Assembly (NCBI RefSeq): GCF_036588685.1
Contig: NC_086375.1
Span: forward strand, 23,684,001 to 23,748,000
Direction: 5' to 3'
Length of the DNA stretch: 64,000 bases
DNA from: Mytilus trossulus
Taxonomy: Eukaryota
Part shown: positions 1-13,100 of the stretch, piece by piece
Layout of the letters: each line of letters opens with the position of its first letter
Numbering within the stretch: position 1 is the stretch's first letter
Translations under genes and position numbers: made by a program
The notes under the pieces: model-generated
Databases searched by the model: none
What the model was told of the DNA's origin: nothing
The model's input: only the letters and a program-made list of their open reading frames with translations

Positions 1-760
1 CTTCATCCCTCAATCACTTTCTCTAATCATTGCACAATCATATTTTATACCATCTCCCGAGATGATTCATAAAAATCTATGCCATATAAATCATATAAAA
101 GGTTATCCTCCATAACACTTTTGGATTCCAACGGAATTTACAATTTTATGTATAACAATTTGTGAAATTAGAAACTGGGACTTTATTACTTTTAATGGCC
201 GTGTCAAAAACATTTATTACTTCTGTTGAGCAGACCTACTCTGATTAGGAGGGAAAAAAAGTCATATAACAAAAGAAATTGACAGTTACGGATATTGTGA
301 CTGTGTAACTTAATGCATAAAAAGAAACATTTCCAATATTTTCTAAATGAGAAAAAAATGTTCAAAAGTTCAAGTATTTGCATTTTCCCATAAATGAATT
401 GCTAAATTATTGGAAGATATTATTCAGAGGAAATGGCTCATACAGAAAACTTTTAGCGAGATATATGATATGAAAGAAGTACCTGACAAAGATTGGAAAC
501 AATAGTTTTAAAAGAACAATAAGTGACTAAAAGGTGTTTTTATAGGCAGAGATCCTCCTAAATTTGCATGAAATATTTGCCACTTGATATTAGGCAACCA
601 ACAATCAATCAAACATTTAGCAGAGCAAAAATCTTATACGACATATCCCAGATCAAAACTGTTGCTGTAAAATTGTTACAGCAAATATCACCAATCTATT
701 AACCTTATTTTCCCAATGGTCAACTGTATTAAGAATTTTACAAATAGAATTTGAAAACTG

Positions 761-874
761 AAATTATCAGGAGATAAAAACTCTGATAGCCCTCATCTAC
801 ATAAATCACCTGAAAATAAATTATCAGGAGATAAAAACTCTGATAGCCCTCATCTACATAAATCACCTGAAAAT
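761..874. repeat. Tandem duplication, 57-bp unit x2
   Basis: aaattatcaggagataaaaactctgatagccctcatctacataaatcacctgaaaat occurs twice. Confidence 0.9.
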
Positions 875-1010
875 GCTTTAAAAATTAGCTTTTAATCACT
901 TGGTAGATAAAATTTGTTAACATTTCAATGTCTTCTGCTGTAAAGAACATAAATCCTTAGGATTTTCTTGTTTTTCTTCTTTTAATACGCATTCAATTTA
1001 CAATTGTTAC

Positions 1011-1155
1011 CTGTTAGGTACATGTCTTTGCCCATTCAGTAAAGCCATGATGACATTGCCAAGAGCAGGTAAATTCAGGCACGTGTCATTGGGGTCTTTG
1101 CCCCTTGAAGGACTTCCAAGGTCGATCAGATGTAAACGACTCCTGCCACCAGCAA
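1011..1155 (-). CDS. KIF26: KIF26-like exon (switch II region, [15 protein letters not shown]...HVPNR)
   Basis: Acceptor tttttcAG at 1156-1157, donor GTAACA at 1010; phase 1 to 2; part of ORF 1007..1264. Confidence 0.93.
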
Positions 1156-4100
1156 CTGAAAAATAAACAAGATGCATTGTGTTAAAAAAAAAATTGTTTC
1201 CATTCACAATGAAAACTACCATCATAAATTCAACATTGTTTAGCAGACGGCGAAATTGTGACAATAATAATATGTCTTAATCATGACAGATCTAGTTAAA
1301 GACCTGACAAAATCTCTCGGATCTACATTTCATCTCAGACATTGTTTCAATTAGAAAAGTAAAAACATGACTTAATTCTGTTATTACTCAATTCTAAAAG
1401 TTCCTGGAACATTCTCAGAAACAGAGAGCGTAATCAAGACTGCCAAATGAAGAGGATTTCGTCAATTATCGACAATACGTGCCTGAAATTTTGATTCTGC
1501 TTTTATATTTGTATAGAAGTACTTCGTTCTGATTACATCGTGTAAAATTACAACGAGGGAATAAGTTATTTTTATAAAAAATACCAGTCTGACATTAGAC
1601 TTATTAAAGACAAACATCAATGGCATTCAACAATATTTTTAATCATATTTCCCAGGGTTTTGTATCTTTACAGAGTATTCACACGACAATACCACGTTCT
1701 TTATGTTTCGTAAATTTTTAATAAACAATCAAATATAACGCAAACAGCTATTTCTTATGATCAAAACATGAAGCAACAGGTCAATTTGCCCACAATTCAA
1801 CATTTCAAAATTCAATTTGTTTCTAGATGAGAGGATTTCGTGATTGGCATTGCTAGTATTATATTTGATTTGGAAACACTCACATAGGAATAATAGGTAT
1901 AGAATTTTAACGTCAGTCGAAAGCTTTTGGTATTCCGATGACAAACATAATTTGTTATGAGAATGAACGATTCTTGCAGCCTTCATTTTCTACGATTACT
2001 ACACAAGTAAACTGTAAATTTGATTGTATATATCTAAAGCAATTATTCGCAAGTTCATCAAGAATGTCAGTAACATTTGGACAAAAAAATAGGTTTTATC
2101 AGCGGGAGAATTCTGATCAAGTTTGTCAATAGCAAGCAACAGGATAAATTGTGTGACACCCAGAAATACTGTTATAAATGAATTCTTGATTGACCGGAAT
2201 ATTGATTTATGCAAATGATACCGTACATCAATCATACAAGCATTAAATAAGCATCAAGTCATTTGACAATTGTTGACAATGTGAAGCTTTTTACTTTACA
2301 AGTATCGTAATCTCTTATTACATAACCAACCTACCATTTGTCAAAGTTATGTAAAGAAACGACTCTGTGTGAAATTTATATCTATAATATAAATCGTAAA
2401 AAGTCTTCCGGTATTTTACTGAGTATAACGGAAAAAACTGTGGGAGTTATTTTCACAAGTAAATAGAGCTTTCTAATGAGTTCTCTTATCTCCTTACGCC
2501 AAAGTTTTCAACTTCTTGTTTGTAACACCATGGAAGTATTATATTGACAACATCATACATCCATGGTAACACCAATATACAGTCCATTTACTATGTATGG
2601 TATATAAAAATTTTGTTCTCATTTCAACCAGGATTGCCAACAGCCCATGGATAACTTTTTGTTTTCGCCTACTTGCTACTTTCACGAGTTAAAGGGGTTT
2701 TCCTTTTTTTGATTTCTTGTTGTTTTTAGTTGGTCACAGCTACTTAATAAGACAATTTTTGGGTTAATTTTGAAGCATGTTCTGTAACTACATATCCAGG
2801 GAAAATGTATATTCTGAAATCATGAATGATCATAGGGCCGTAGTTTTTTTATTTTTAGTTTTACGAACCCTCCTACCCTAATTTTTGCCAAATAGGAAAA
2901 AAAATAAAATTAAAAATGTTGATTTTTATTTTTTTTTTCTCCTCCAACCCAGTGTTTTTCATGCAAAAAAAATAAAATTTTAGTTCATAACTGCATGAAA
3001 GAATCTAAATTTATGCTCTTGGTGATTTAGTAAGTTGTTGCACATTGATTTTCAATTCAAACCTTGTCAAGAAAAAAAAAAATAGTTGCTAAACTAGTAG
3101 AAAATCTCCTGATGAAATATTTTTTTTTTTTTTTTATATTGACGGTTGGTATTAAAAAAAAAAATTAGCAGCAGCAGTTTTTTTTTTTGTTTTTTTTTCG
3201 TCCTCCTACCCATTGGTTTTGTCAAAAAATTTCGTAAAACTAAAAATATAATAACTATGGCCTAGCTGCAACTTTATGCATATAATCTTGATGTCATTTT
3301 TGATGCATGTTATCCAGAGAGAAAGTGTCCATATATATGAGCAACTACTGTTTATCAGAACCATGAATTAATATATTTTGGGTAATTTTTACTAAATTGT
3401 TGAGTAAAAGTTTGGTTATTTGCCATTTGTGGCAACATTCTTAATTAAAGCAATTGCTTAATACATTTTGAGCAAATTTTTCATAATATTCATAGCAAGA
3501 CTTTTACAGTAAATAAATTTTACTTTTTAGAAAATTTATATTAACTTGTGGTAGATCTGTAGCTTAATTAAGGAGATATGAACCTGACGAATTTGAATTT
3601 TCTGCGCAACTCGAACTGTCGGTAAAATACAAAACTTATTATTGTACAAATAAATAATAAATACAAAATTTATAAAACGATTGAATATATTGAAACTTTT
3701 GTTATAAATGAAAGTTGTTTTATTATTGTTTGATGGAAATAATTTTGCGATCGCACGATTACGACATCGTTTAATTTCCGGCGCCATTTGTAAACAACAA
3801 CAGTCGTCTGCTGTAACGTAACGTTGGTAGCTGCAGTGATGACAAGAATACGTAAGCATGGCTTCAAATCTAAAAGATATCTGAAGGTGTCAGAGAGTCA
3901 ACATGCCCGATGGACCAAAACATCGACTTACTCTAATGATCACAACTATTTTTCCAGTAAGTAATCCATTTGATTCCCGAAAAATACACGACAACATCAA
4001 CACAAGTTTTACAACTACAATGAATAAATTATATACGTAAAATTATGTTGACCATAAAGATAATCTTTATATAGTATTAGTCCGAGATTGTTTTTACATC

Positions 4101-7100
4101 CAACGACTGTTTCGCCAAAAAAATCTTGGACTGAGGGGCCCTCACTGGCCAGCTTGTACAAGTTGTGGCAAAAAACCGTTGGACGTCAGAGCAATCTTGG
4201 ACTAATGAGTTTTAATACCAGTAACTGAGTAAGGTTAACATTTGCCTTCAAGAATAAATGTCCTGGACTAGCATGACAAGTCATATTTTAATTCCACTTT
4301 CAAAGGTCCTTTTCATTAAAAATCAAATACTTTCTCATAATCTTTATTATTATATTAACTGTAAAAGTTGAAGTTAGCCCCAGGATGTGAAGGGATCAAG
4401 TCTGTTTCACGCCTTGTCAAAATAATTATGACTGGCAAGGCTATTTTTTTTCTGGGACTCCTTCCTATGAGGTTGTCCCAAAAAAAAAAAAATAGCATTG
4501 CCAGACCTTATAATTATTTGGACTATTTTGTTCAATAAACATGTGTATTGTCCTTTCCTATGCCCATATAACCCTGCTCAGTCGCTCTGTAATTCTCCTA
4601 TCAAGGCTTAATAACAAGACCATGCATTATCAGCCACGTCACAATGTGAAAGGAGAAGTTATCAGGGATGTCACAATACAAGAGATGTTATCAAGCTTGC
4701 TTTTGTCAAGTGTAAAACTGTCTTAGGACGAGGGAAAAGACCAGTAACAGAACAATAAAAAGATAATCAAGTTTTCTTCTTTAATATAAATCGATATCAT
4801 AAAATATCAGCCACTCGACATAATGAGAAACATTCATAGGATCCAGGCCCCCTTTTGTGGGAAAAATTTGGTTGATTATATAGGGAATCATTGAAGCATG
4901 ACTGGAGCAGGCCCCCTCTTAGGTCAGTCAGAGGCCCCCCCCCCCCCCCCCCCCTTAGGAAAAGTTCTGGATCCACCACTGACATGTAGATCATTCCCTC
5001 GTAAAAAAGGTTCACTTTGTGGCTTGTGGCTGATATTTTAAAATATCAATGTCACATTGTGTAGAAAACCCCATAATCTATACTTACCACACACCTATGC
5101 GCCCTACGTCCATTCGCGCCTTACATATTTGCACCCAATTTTTGTTGAAATTCCAGTTGAATTATTAGATATATTTTTTCATATGTATATATATTCCCTA
5201 AAAAAATTATATAAATTTCCAAAATAAAATTGTGTCATAAGAGACATATCAAATGTTGTTTATGTTTTATCAAATGATGATTAATTATTAAATGTTATTT
5301 ATGTACATGTATGATTGCTGTTAATTGGTTAAAGCTTAATTTGGTCTCTTGCTTTGATATAAATACTGTAGCCAGGTATGAGTAAAACATTGAAGAATTT
5401 AAATGAAAAACATAAAAGATCGCAATACAAAAAAAAACCTGTCATAATAACACTTTATTTTGAAGAAATGAACAAAAATTATTTATACCAATATACTTTT
5501 TACCAAAACTCAATTACTAAATTATTATAAATCACAAAACCAATAAAAAGTGTGCAAAAGGACTTTGGGTGCGAACATGTAAGGTGTGAAAGGGACAAAC
5601 ATAATTGGACGTAAACATAATTTTGGGTGAACAGATCTGGATTCGATGTACATGTATAGGACACAGGGAAATAAAATCATAGAATTGACTGAGTATGCAG
5701 AACGAATGACTTGCACAAATTTGAACTCCTTCTTTATTCTAGATCTAGATAATCCATGCCTCCTTTCCCTATCCAAAAAAAAAATTGTTGCTCCGGTACA
5801 AATGTTAAAATTTACATAAGAACATTTATTCAACGTTTATGCGTGTCTCCAGCATTTTAAGACAGGATATATTGTACTTATTCATCACTTACCGGAATAT
5901 GTAATTTCACTTCAGGGGGGGGGGGGGGGAGGGGGGTTTAATGCTACCAATCAAATCATTTTATCAAAATTTAATACTTACAGGTTGTTGGGGAAAATCT
6001 GGATTCAAAATATTTGTATTTGTCATCTGCCTGACCAAAATATGTGTTTAGGAAATAAATCCCTTTGAATTTAAATAGAAATGTTGCCTAAAATTATTTT
6101 TCTAGGGGTGGGGAGCATGATTGATAAAAATAGCTAGTAATAATCATAATAATAAATATATTCTATTAAAATCTGTAAATACATAACATGTATCACACCT
6201 AAAATTTTATACAATTGAAAGTGCATCATCCGATTCTAATAAATATGATAAAAACAAAAACCAAAATTTCTGATTATTAAAACTAAGCTACTTCCAATAA
6301 CAAGGCTTTATATGGGTGGGTCTTTATTATAGGTTTGACTTTCTTGATTTGAATTCAATGAAATTTTGTAACTTTTTGAACAGTTTATATGTAATGTATG
6401 TATATATATACTAGTCTCCTTTTGGGGGTTTGACAACAAAACGAAGCTTATATTTGTAATATATATCATGTAACCAGACTTAAAATAATTTTCTTTATTC
6501 TATGTTTATTGCCACAGTGCACAAAGAAAACCTGACAAAAACAAAATTTCTGATTATTAAGACTAAGCTACTTCCAATAACAAGGCTTTATATGGGTGGG
6601 TCTTTATTATAGGTTTGACTTTCTTGATTTGAATTCAATGAAATTTTGTAACTTTTTGAACAGTATATATGTAATGTATGTATATATATACTAGTCTCCT
6701 TTTGGGGGTTTGACAACAAAACGAAGCTTATATTTGTAATATATATCATGTAACCAGACTTAAAATAATTTTCTTTATTCTATGTTTATTGCCACAGTGC
6801 ACAAAGAAAACCTGACAAAAACAAATTGAAAGAGGGAGGGCATATATTTTAATAAATTTACAGAAAAGCCTTTCAAATATGTACATGTACTTTTGTATGA
6901 AACATTGTATGTTTTATTTTTAAATTTCATATGACTTTAAATTAAGACAACAGTTGCATGTGAAATATTGACATGCCCCAAAACTAAACCTTCATAGGTT
7001 TTAGTCTATTATAATAACTCCTGAACTTATATGGGTCTCTCCGTCATTGTATCTTTTATTATTCATGCATGTTTACGATTAATGACACCAATAATGATGT

Positions 7101-10100
7101 GACTGTGATGGTTAATAAATGCACAATTATTCCAAAAATGACGGCAATGCATCCTAGTGGAGTATCATCACTCAGAGTATATAAACTTTATATATACATG
7201 TATATGAATGAATATAAAATGTATACATGTACATTGCACCTGCATTTATTATTGTTTTTTATAATTGCAGTTCCAAACATCTCAAATGCAACAAGGGAGG
7301 AAGAGGTTTCTTGTGAAGGAAAACAGACTAGGTCATCTGAAGACTGGAGAGAAGGGAGAAGAATTGTTGAGCTAGATGTCCTTGCCACTGGTCTAAGAGC
7401 ATGTCTTAAATGTGGTTTGCCCCTACAGCTTGGACATACTATTGACATACAGACATATGGTCTTGGATGTCTACTGAAAGTAAGTAATTCAGATTTAAAC
7501 AAAAAATCTAAAATGTCTGAACATTTCGAATGAATTCAGCTTGTCTTTCTATCCATCAAAAATAAAAAGACAATTTGATATGCATGTTCATACCTAAAGA
7601 AGCATTATAATAAAAAATAAAAAAAAGGATTTTAATATGACATGCTTCAAGTGTTTTAATAACAAACCGAGGATGTTACTATATATAACGGTATGACATG
7701 ACTTTAGTACTGACCATTTTTTCTATGTCTGCATTTTTGTCATTGAAAAGTAACATTGAAAAGATGGAGAGAGAGTAATGACATCTAATTTTGATGAGAT
7801 TTTTGTCATACAAATACTGACATTTGACCATTTGTCTCTTTATAAAATCAACTATTTTTTTTTCTTCAGGTACAGTGTTTTAATACCATTTGTATGCATG
7901 TAAACAGTGTTCCTACTGGAAAGCGTCATGACAGAGTATGGGATGTCAACAGTAAACTTGCAACAGGTACATGGACATGTATGCACAATATTATCCAGTC
8001 ATGTAAATATAGTCAATCAGCATCCAGGCAAATTTTTTTCACTATCACCTACATTTTCAGGGTTCACTTAGTTGTTTAAAGTTTATGTCATACATTACTA
8101 TATCTGAGCCATTATATTTATTAGGTCATATAAACTTGCTAGCATTTTCACAGATAGAGTTCTTGCAAGATTTTTATAAAATTTGTACTATAGAGCTAGT
8201 TTTGAAATGCTGGATGATTGACTTTTTGTCAAAAAGTTATGCCCCTTGAAAATATTAGATTTATGGAAAATGGCCTTGTTAGCACTCTATGGGAGCACAG
8301 TTCATGCCAGACTTTTGTATAACTTATACTCTTAGATTAATATCAGCAATATCTTGAAAAAAATTATAAAATGGTGGGACCTCAACTTTTTTTGTTAATA
8401 TAATTTTAAAACTATAAAATATGATTTAAAAAAATCATCAGCATTGCGAGATAAAAAATTATGCAAATATTCATCAAAATTTTACTGCATCATTATTTAG
8501 ATCATTGTATCTTTGATTTTTTTATTACAGCCCTTGTTCACTCTGGACTTGGAGAAAGACAAGCTAATAGTTTCCTATCAGAGCTAAATATTCCAGCATT
8601 TAGTTATAAACTGGTTAGTGCAAGACTGAAAGAAGTAGGGAATGTTGTTGAAGAGGTAGCCAAGGAATCAACAAATGAAGCACTGGAGAAAGAATTGGCA
8701 GCTGTAGAACAGTATGTACCTAAAAATAATAAAAATGAAAACATTAAACTAAACTCAAATTCAACAATGGGATACTTATAATTTAACTTATAATGATAAA
8801 AAAGAAGATGTGGTTGCAAATGAGACAACTCTCCACAAGAGACCAAATTAAACACAGAGATTAACAACTACAGGTCACTGTGAAGCCTTCGACAATGAGC
8901 AAAGCCCATACCTCATAGTCAGCTAAAAAAAGGCCTGAAATGACCATGTAAAACAGTCAAACAAGAAAACTAAAAGCCTTATTTTACATTAAAAAATATC
9001 TACAAAAAACAAATATGTAACACATAAACAAATGACAACCACTGAATTACCGGCTCCTGACCTGGGAAAGGCACATACATACATAATATAGTGTGTGTGT
9101 GTGTGTGTGTGTGGGGGTGATCATGTTAGTTGGATCATAATCCCCCCTAACCTTGGGCAGTGGTATAACAGTACAATATAGTTAGCATTGATTGAATTTA
9201 AATTTTTCATGCACTGTAAAAAAAAATAAGAAACACATTATTTTTATTATTCAGTAACTGAGACCTTCAGTTTTCATTATAAGAATTTGGAATGTGACTT
9301 AAAGTTATTTAGATTTCTAACATTTGACTAAATGATTTGATCCAATAATGCTTATGGTTAATATAGGTTTGGACACAAAGACAATATATTTCTGACTACG
9401 ATTGACTATTCTTTTGATTTATACAATCTTTGACATCTCCAGTTACAGTTTGTATTATGTTTAGTTTATTTACTAGTACTTTTATAAATTACAGAAAGAA
9501 GGGTTCACTTGTGGTTGCTGTAGATGCAGGATGGCAGAAAAGAGGAAGTGGTAGAGCATATGACAGCAAATCAGGTATAACTAAACACCATCAGTTATAA
9601 GAATGAAAATATACATTGACATAACATCATATTACAGATAACACCAAGAAACAAAAAAAAACATGATGGTCTTTCATGTCAAATATTTATATCTTTCTAG
9701 TCAGGTTGAGTCAATGGACTGTTATAAGGTCAAATATCAATTAAACAAACATTAACTACATTTACAAATATGCCATTTGGAAATGATGAATAGTTGTCGT
9801 ATTGGCTATTGCTGATCATTACTTATTTCCTTATTTTTGTCAAGCTTGAGACTTTTGTTGCAGAAAGCTAAAGATAGGAATAGTGATCTGGCATTTTCGG
9901 TGGTGTTAACTTTCTTCTTAAAAGCTTTATATTTTAAAAGATTGAAGACCTGTATGTTCATACTTTGTATAAGCTGCCTTATGTTAAGAAATTTCCTTCT
10001 GTCACATGTCTATTGTCTTTGACCATATTTTCATGGTTCGGTGTCCAATTGAGAAAAAAGTTAAGGTGAACATGTCCAACTGTCAGGTGCCATCTGACCT

Positions 10101-13100
10101 TGACTTATGTATATAAATATTATTTATAAGATTAAAATTATTTATTAAATATCTTATGTTTTGATATGTAGTAAAGAAAATATCTCAGATATCTTATAAA
10201 AACCAGATTACATAAGATATCTTGAAGTTAGAATAAATAGTAAAACGGCTTGCCATAATAAATACATATCATAAACAGTTTGATTTAAGAACTTGTTTTT
10301 AATTACTAGGTCATTGTTCCATGATTGGTCCAGAGACGGGAAAAATTATAAACTACTCCGTAAGATCAAAAGAGTGCAGAGTTTGCAGTAGAGCAGAATC
10401 CAGAAATGAAAGTCCAAGAGAGCATGCATGCTACCGTAACTGGGAAGGTAGTTCAAAGGGGATGGAGGCTGATATGGTGATAGAAATGGTGAAAGATGTA
10501 CAGAGTAAAGGCTGTACAGTAGCTGCATTAGTTGGAGATGAGGATTCAACAACAATAGGACGAGTACGGGCAAACATCAGTAATAGCATTGAAAAGATAT
10601 CTGATAGAAATCACTTAAAGAAGATTCTTGGAAACAGTCTTTACTCTCTTAAGAAAAATCATCCTGTTTTAACAGTTAGAATAATCAAATATTTACAAAG
10701 TTGCTTTAACTATATAATAGCCCAAGGTGAAGGTAATCCAGAACAAGTAGCAAAAGATCTCAATGCACTTTCGAAACATCCTTTTGGTGATCATCAATGC
10801 TGCTCAAGTCGATGGTGTAAATTTCTCAGCAATCCAAAGTCTGTTTTTAAATCATTTCCTCAAGGAAAACCTCTGTCGGGTTCAGGTCTACAAAAGTCTC
10901 TGGAAAGTGTTTTTGAAGGATATGCTAAGAACAGCCTTAAATTGTCAACTGTCGGTAGTACTCAAGCTAATGAGAGTTTCAACAGAATGGTTTCTGCTAA
11001 AGCACCAAAGCATGTTCATTACAGTTCTTCTGGAAATTTGAATTACAGAGTTGCAGCAAGTGTTGCCCAGAAGAACACAGGTCACAGATACCTAGTTAAT
11101 GTAAGTTTTACTACATTGAATTCATTATTATTTGTGGGATACTAATTTTCGTGGGTTTCGAGGGTACATGTGAACCATTTAAATTTTTCATGAATAACAT
11201 ATTCGTAATAGGCTATGTATACAGAGATTGGAAAAACTATGAAATCAAATACCCACAAATTTGCAAGTTTTCAGCAAACCACATAAATTGATATCCACGA
11301 AAATAAATGAATCCACAGTATATTTGTTAGAGCCCCTACTTGAAAAGGGGGCAGTATATAGTGTTTGTGGTGTCCTTGTGGCCACCCATTTGTCTGAAGA
11401 CATAGCAGATTTGCATATTTCCCAACCTTTTTTATTACAACAACTTTTTAAGAGTTATGGGACTTTGACTGTGGCTCATCAAATTCAAATAAACATCCAA
11501 GGCAAATATCTTTGTATGTAGAAGCAGCATAAATTGTAAAGATAAGAACTTATCTGAAAACTTCACATTATGTTGACATAACACCTCTGTCTTGTTTTTG
11601 CAGGTCAGCATTCAAAAGAATAATTACTCTTGTAGTGTAGATCTGTTTACTTAATAGCACTTATTATTTTGTTTTTTTGTAAGAAAAAATAGTTAATATA
11701 AATATGAAGTCTTATTTGTTATTTTTCCTTTTTCAGGTTAATAAGAAGTTGGGGCTTTCACCAGGTTACCATACTCAGCGCCTTGCCAGATTAAGAGATT
11801 ATCAGCGATCAAAGCAGAGGGCATTGGCAACTACAAGAGCATTTAAAAGAAAACGACTGGAAAAGAAAGCTAAGATGTAATTAATGCATATTTTATTTCA
11901 AAATATATCCCATTTATTTACCTGTGTATAAAAAAAAATATAATGTCCATTGAAAAAACATATTTTTCATTGTGGGATAACCTTACAAAACCACATCTAT
12001 TGAATAACCTTATTTTTCAAAGAGGAATAACCCTTGAAAAGTACAACTTCTAGCAATTAACCTCCAAAAGCCTCTTGTAACTCATAGATTAATACTGAAA
12101 CACCATATATATTTGCTGTTTCGTTTCAATTAAATCAGTAAAAAGCTTTTATTGAAATTAGATTTCATATTTTTATAACTTAAATGGTAGTTTTCAAGTC
12201 AAATAATATTGAATATTTAAAGCATAAAGACCCAAATGGTAAAAAAAAAGATTTGGTAACTATTTTTCTTGATAATTGAAATAAATCCTATTTCATTTAG
12301 GCACCAAAAGCTTGCATCTGCAGAAGTCAGAGAAGGTGTCTCCTATCAAACAGGATGTTCTCTTGATGCAGCAATATCGGATGATATTCAGTCTATTCCT
12401 GCACCAGTTATTACTCCAGAATATCTTCCTTTGGAACCAAAGACCTTGAATGACAGTTGCATGACATACTTTGATGTTGAAACAACAGGACTTGGTAAGG
12501 ATTACTCATTATGATGAAAGGCTTTAAGTATCTAAGAATTCAATACCTCTTTTTGTAGATTTGCTGGGGTGTAAAAGAATTGTCTGAAGTATAAAAAAGA
12601 AGATGTGGTATGATTGCCAATGAGACAACTATCCACAAAAGACCAAAATGACACAAACATTAACAACTATAGGTCACTGTACGGCCTTCAACAATGAGCA
12701 AAGCCCATTATTGTTAACCAATCAGAATAATGTGTTACAATGAAACATACATGTAATGTTATTATATATCTATATATGAGTAGATGTGGTTTGAATGCCA
12801 ATGTGACACCTCTGCATCTAAGTCTGCAACATGGAGCATTTGGTCGTACCTGACAACAAGCTATAAAGGACCAAAAAAGCATTGTTCTTTTAATTTGATA
12901 ACAATTGTTTGAATTATAGAAATTTAAAGGATTCTTCTAATACAGTTAATGTCATCCCAACTTTTCAAAACAGAAGTTCTTGTAAAAAATGTGGAAGGAG
13001 CCTGAAAGAACAGAGCTGGGCAACTGATCAACATAGATCACTGTGACATACATTTAACACTTCATCACATTTTGCTTTATTCAATGTTCAAGTTCATATA

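Noticed and set aside
1290-2500. CpG-richer segment that might be another mobile element or gene
   Set aside because: No TIR pair, TSD or recognisable protein motif could be established by eye.
1301-6820. TIR-core-like word acctgacaaaa at ~1302, ~6530 and ~6810
   Set aside because: Short AT-rich word with near-matches elsewhere in the window; lacks the GG terminus and TTAA context.
7188-11041. ORFs 7188..7502(-), 8604..8867(-), 10346..10573(-), 10763..11041(+)
   Set aside because: Antisense or alternate-frame shadows of real transposase exons.
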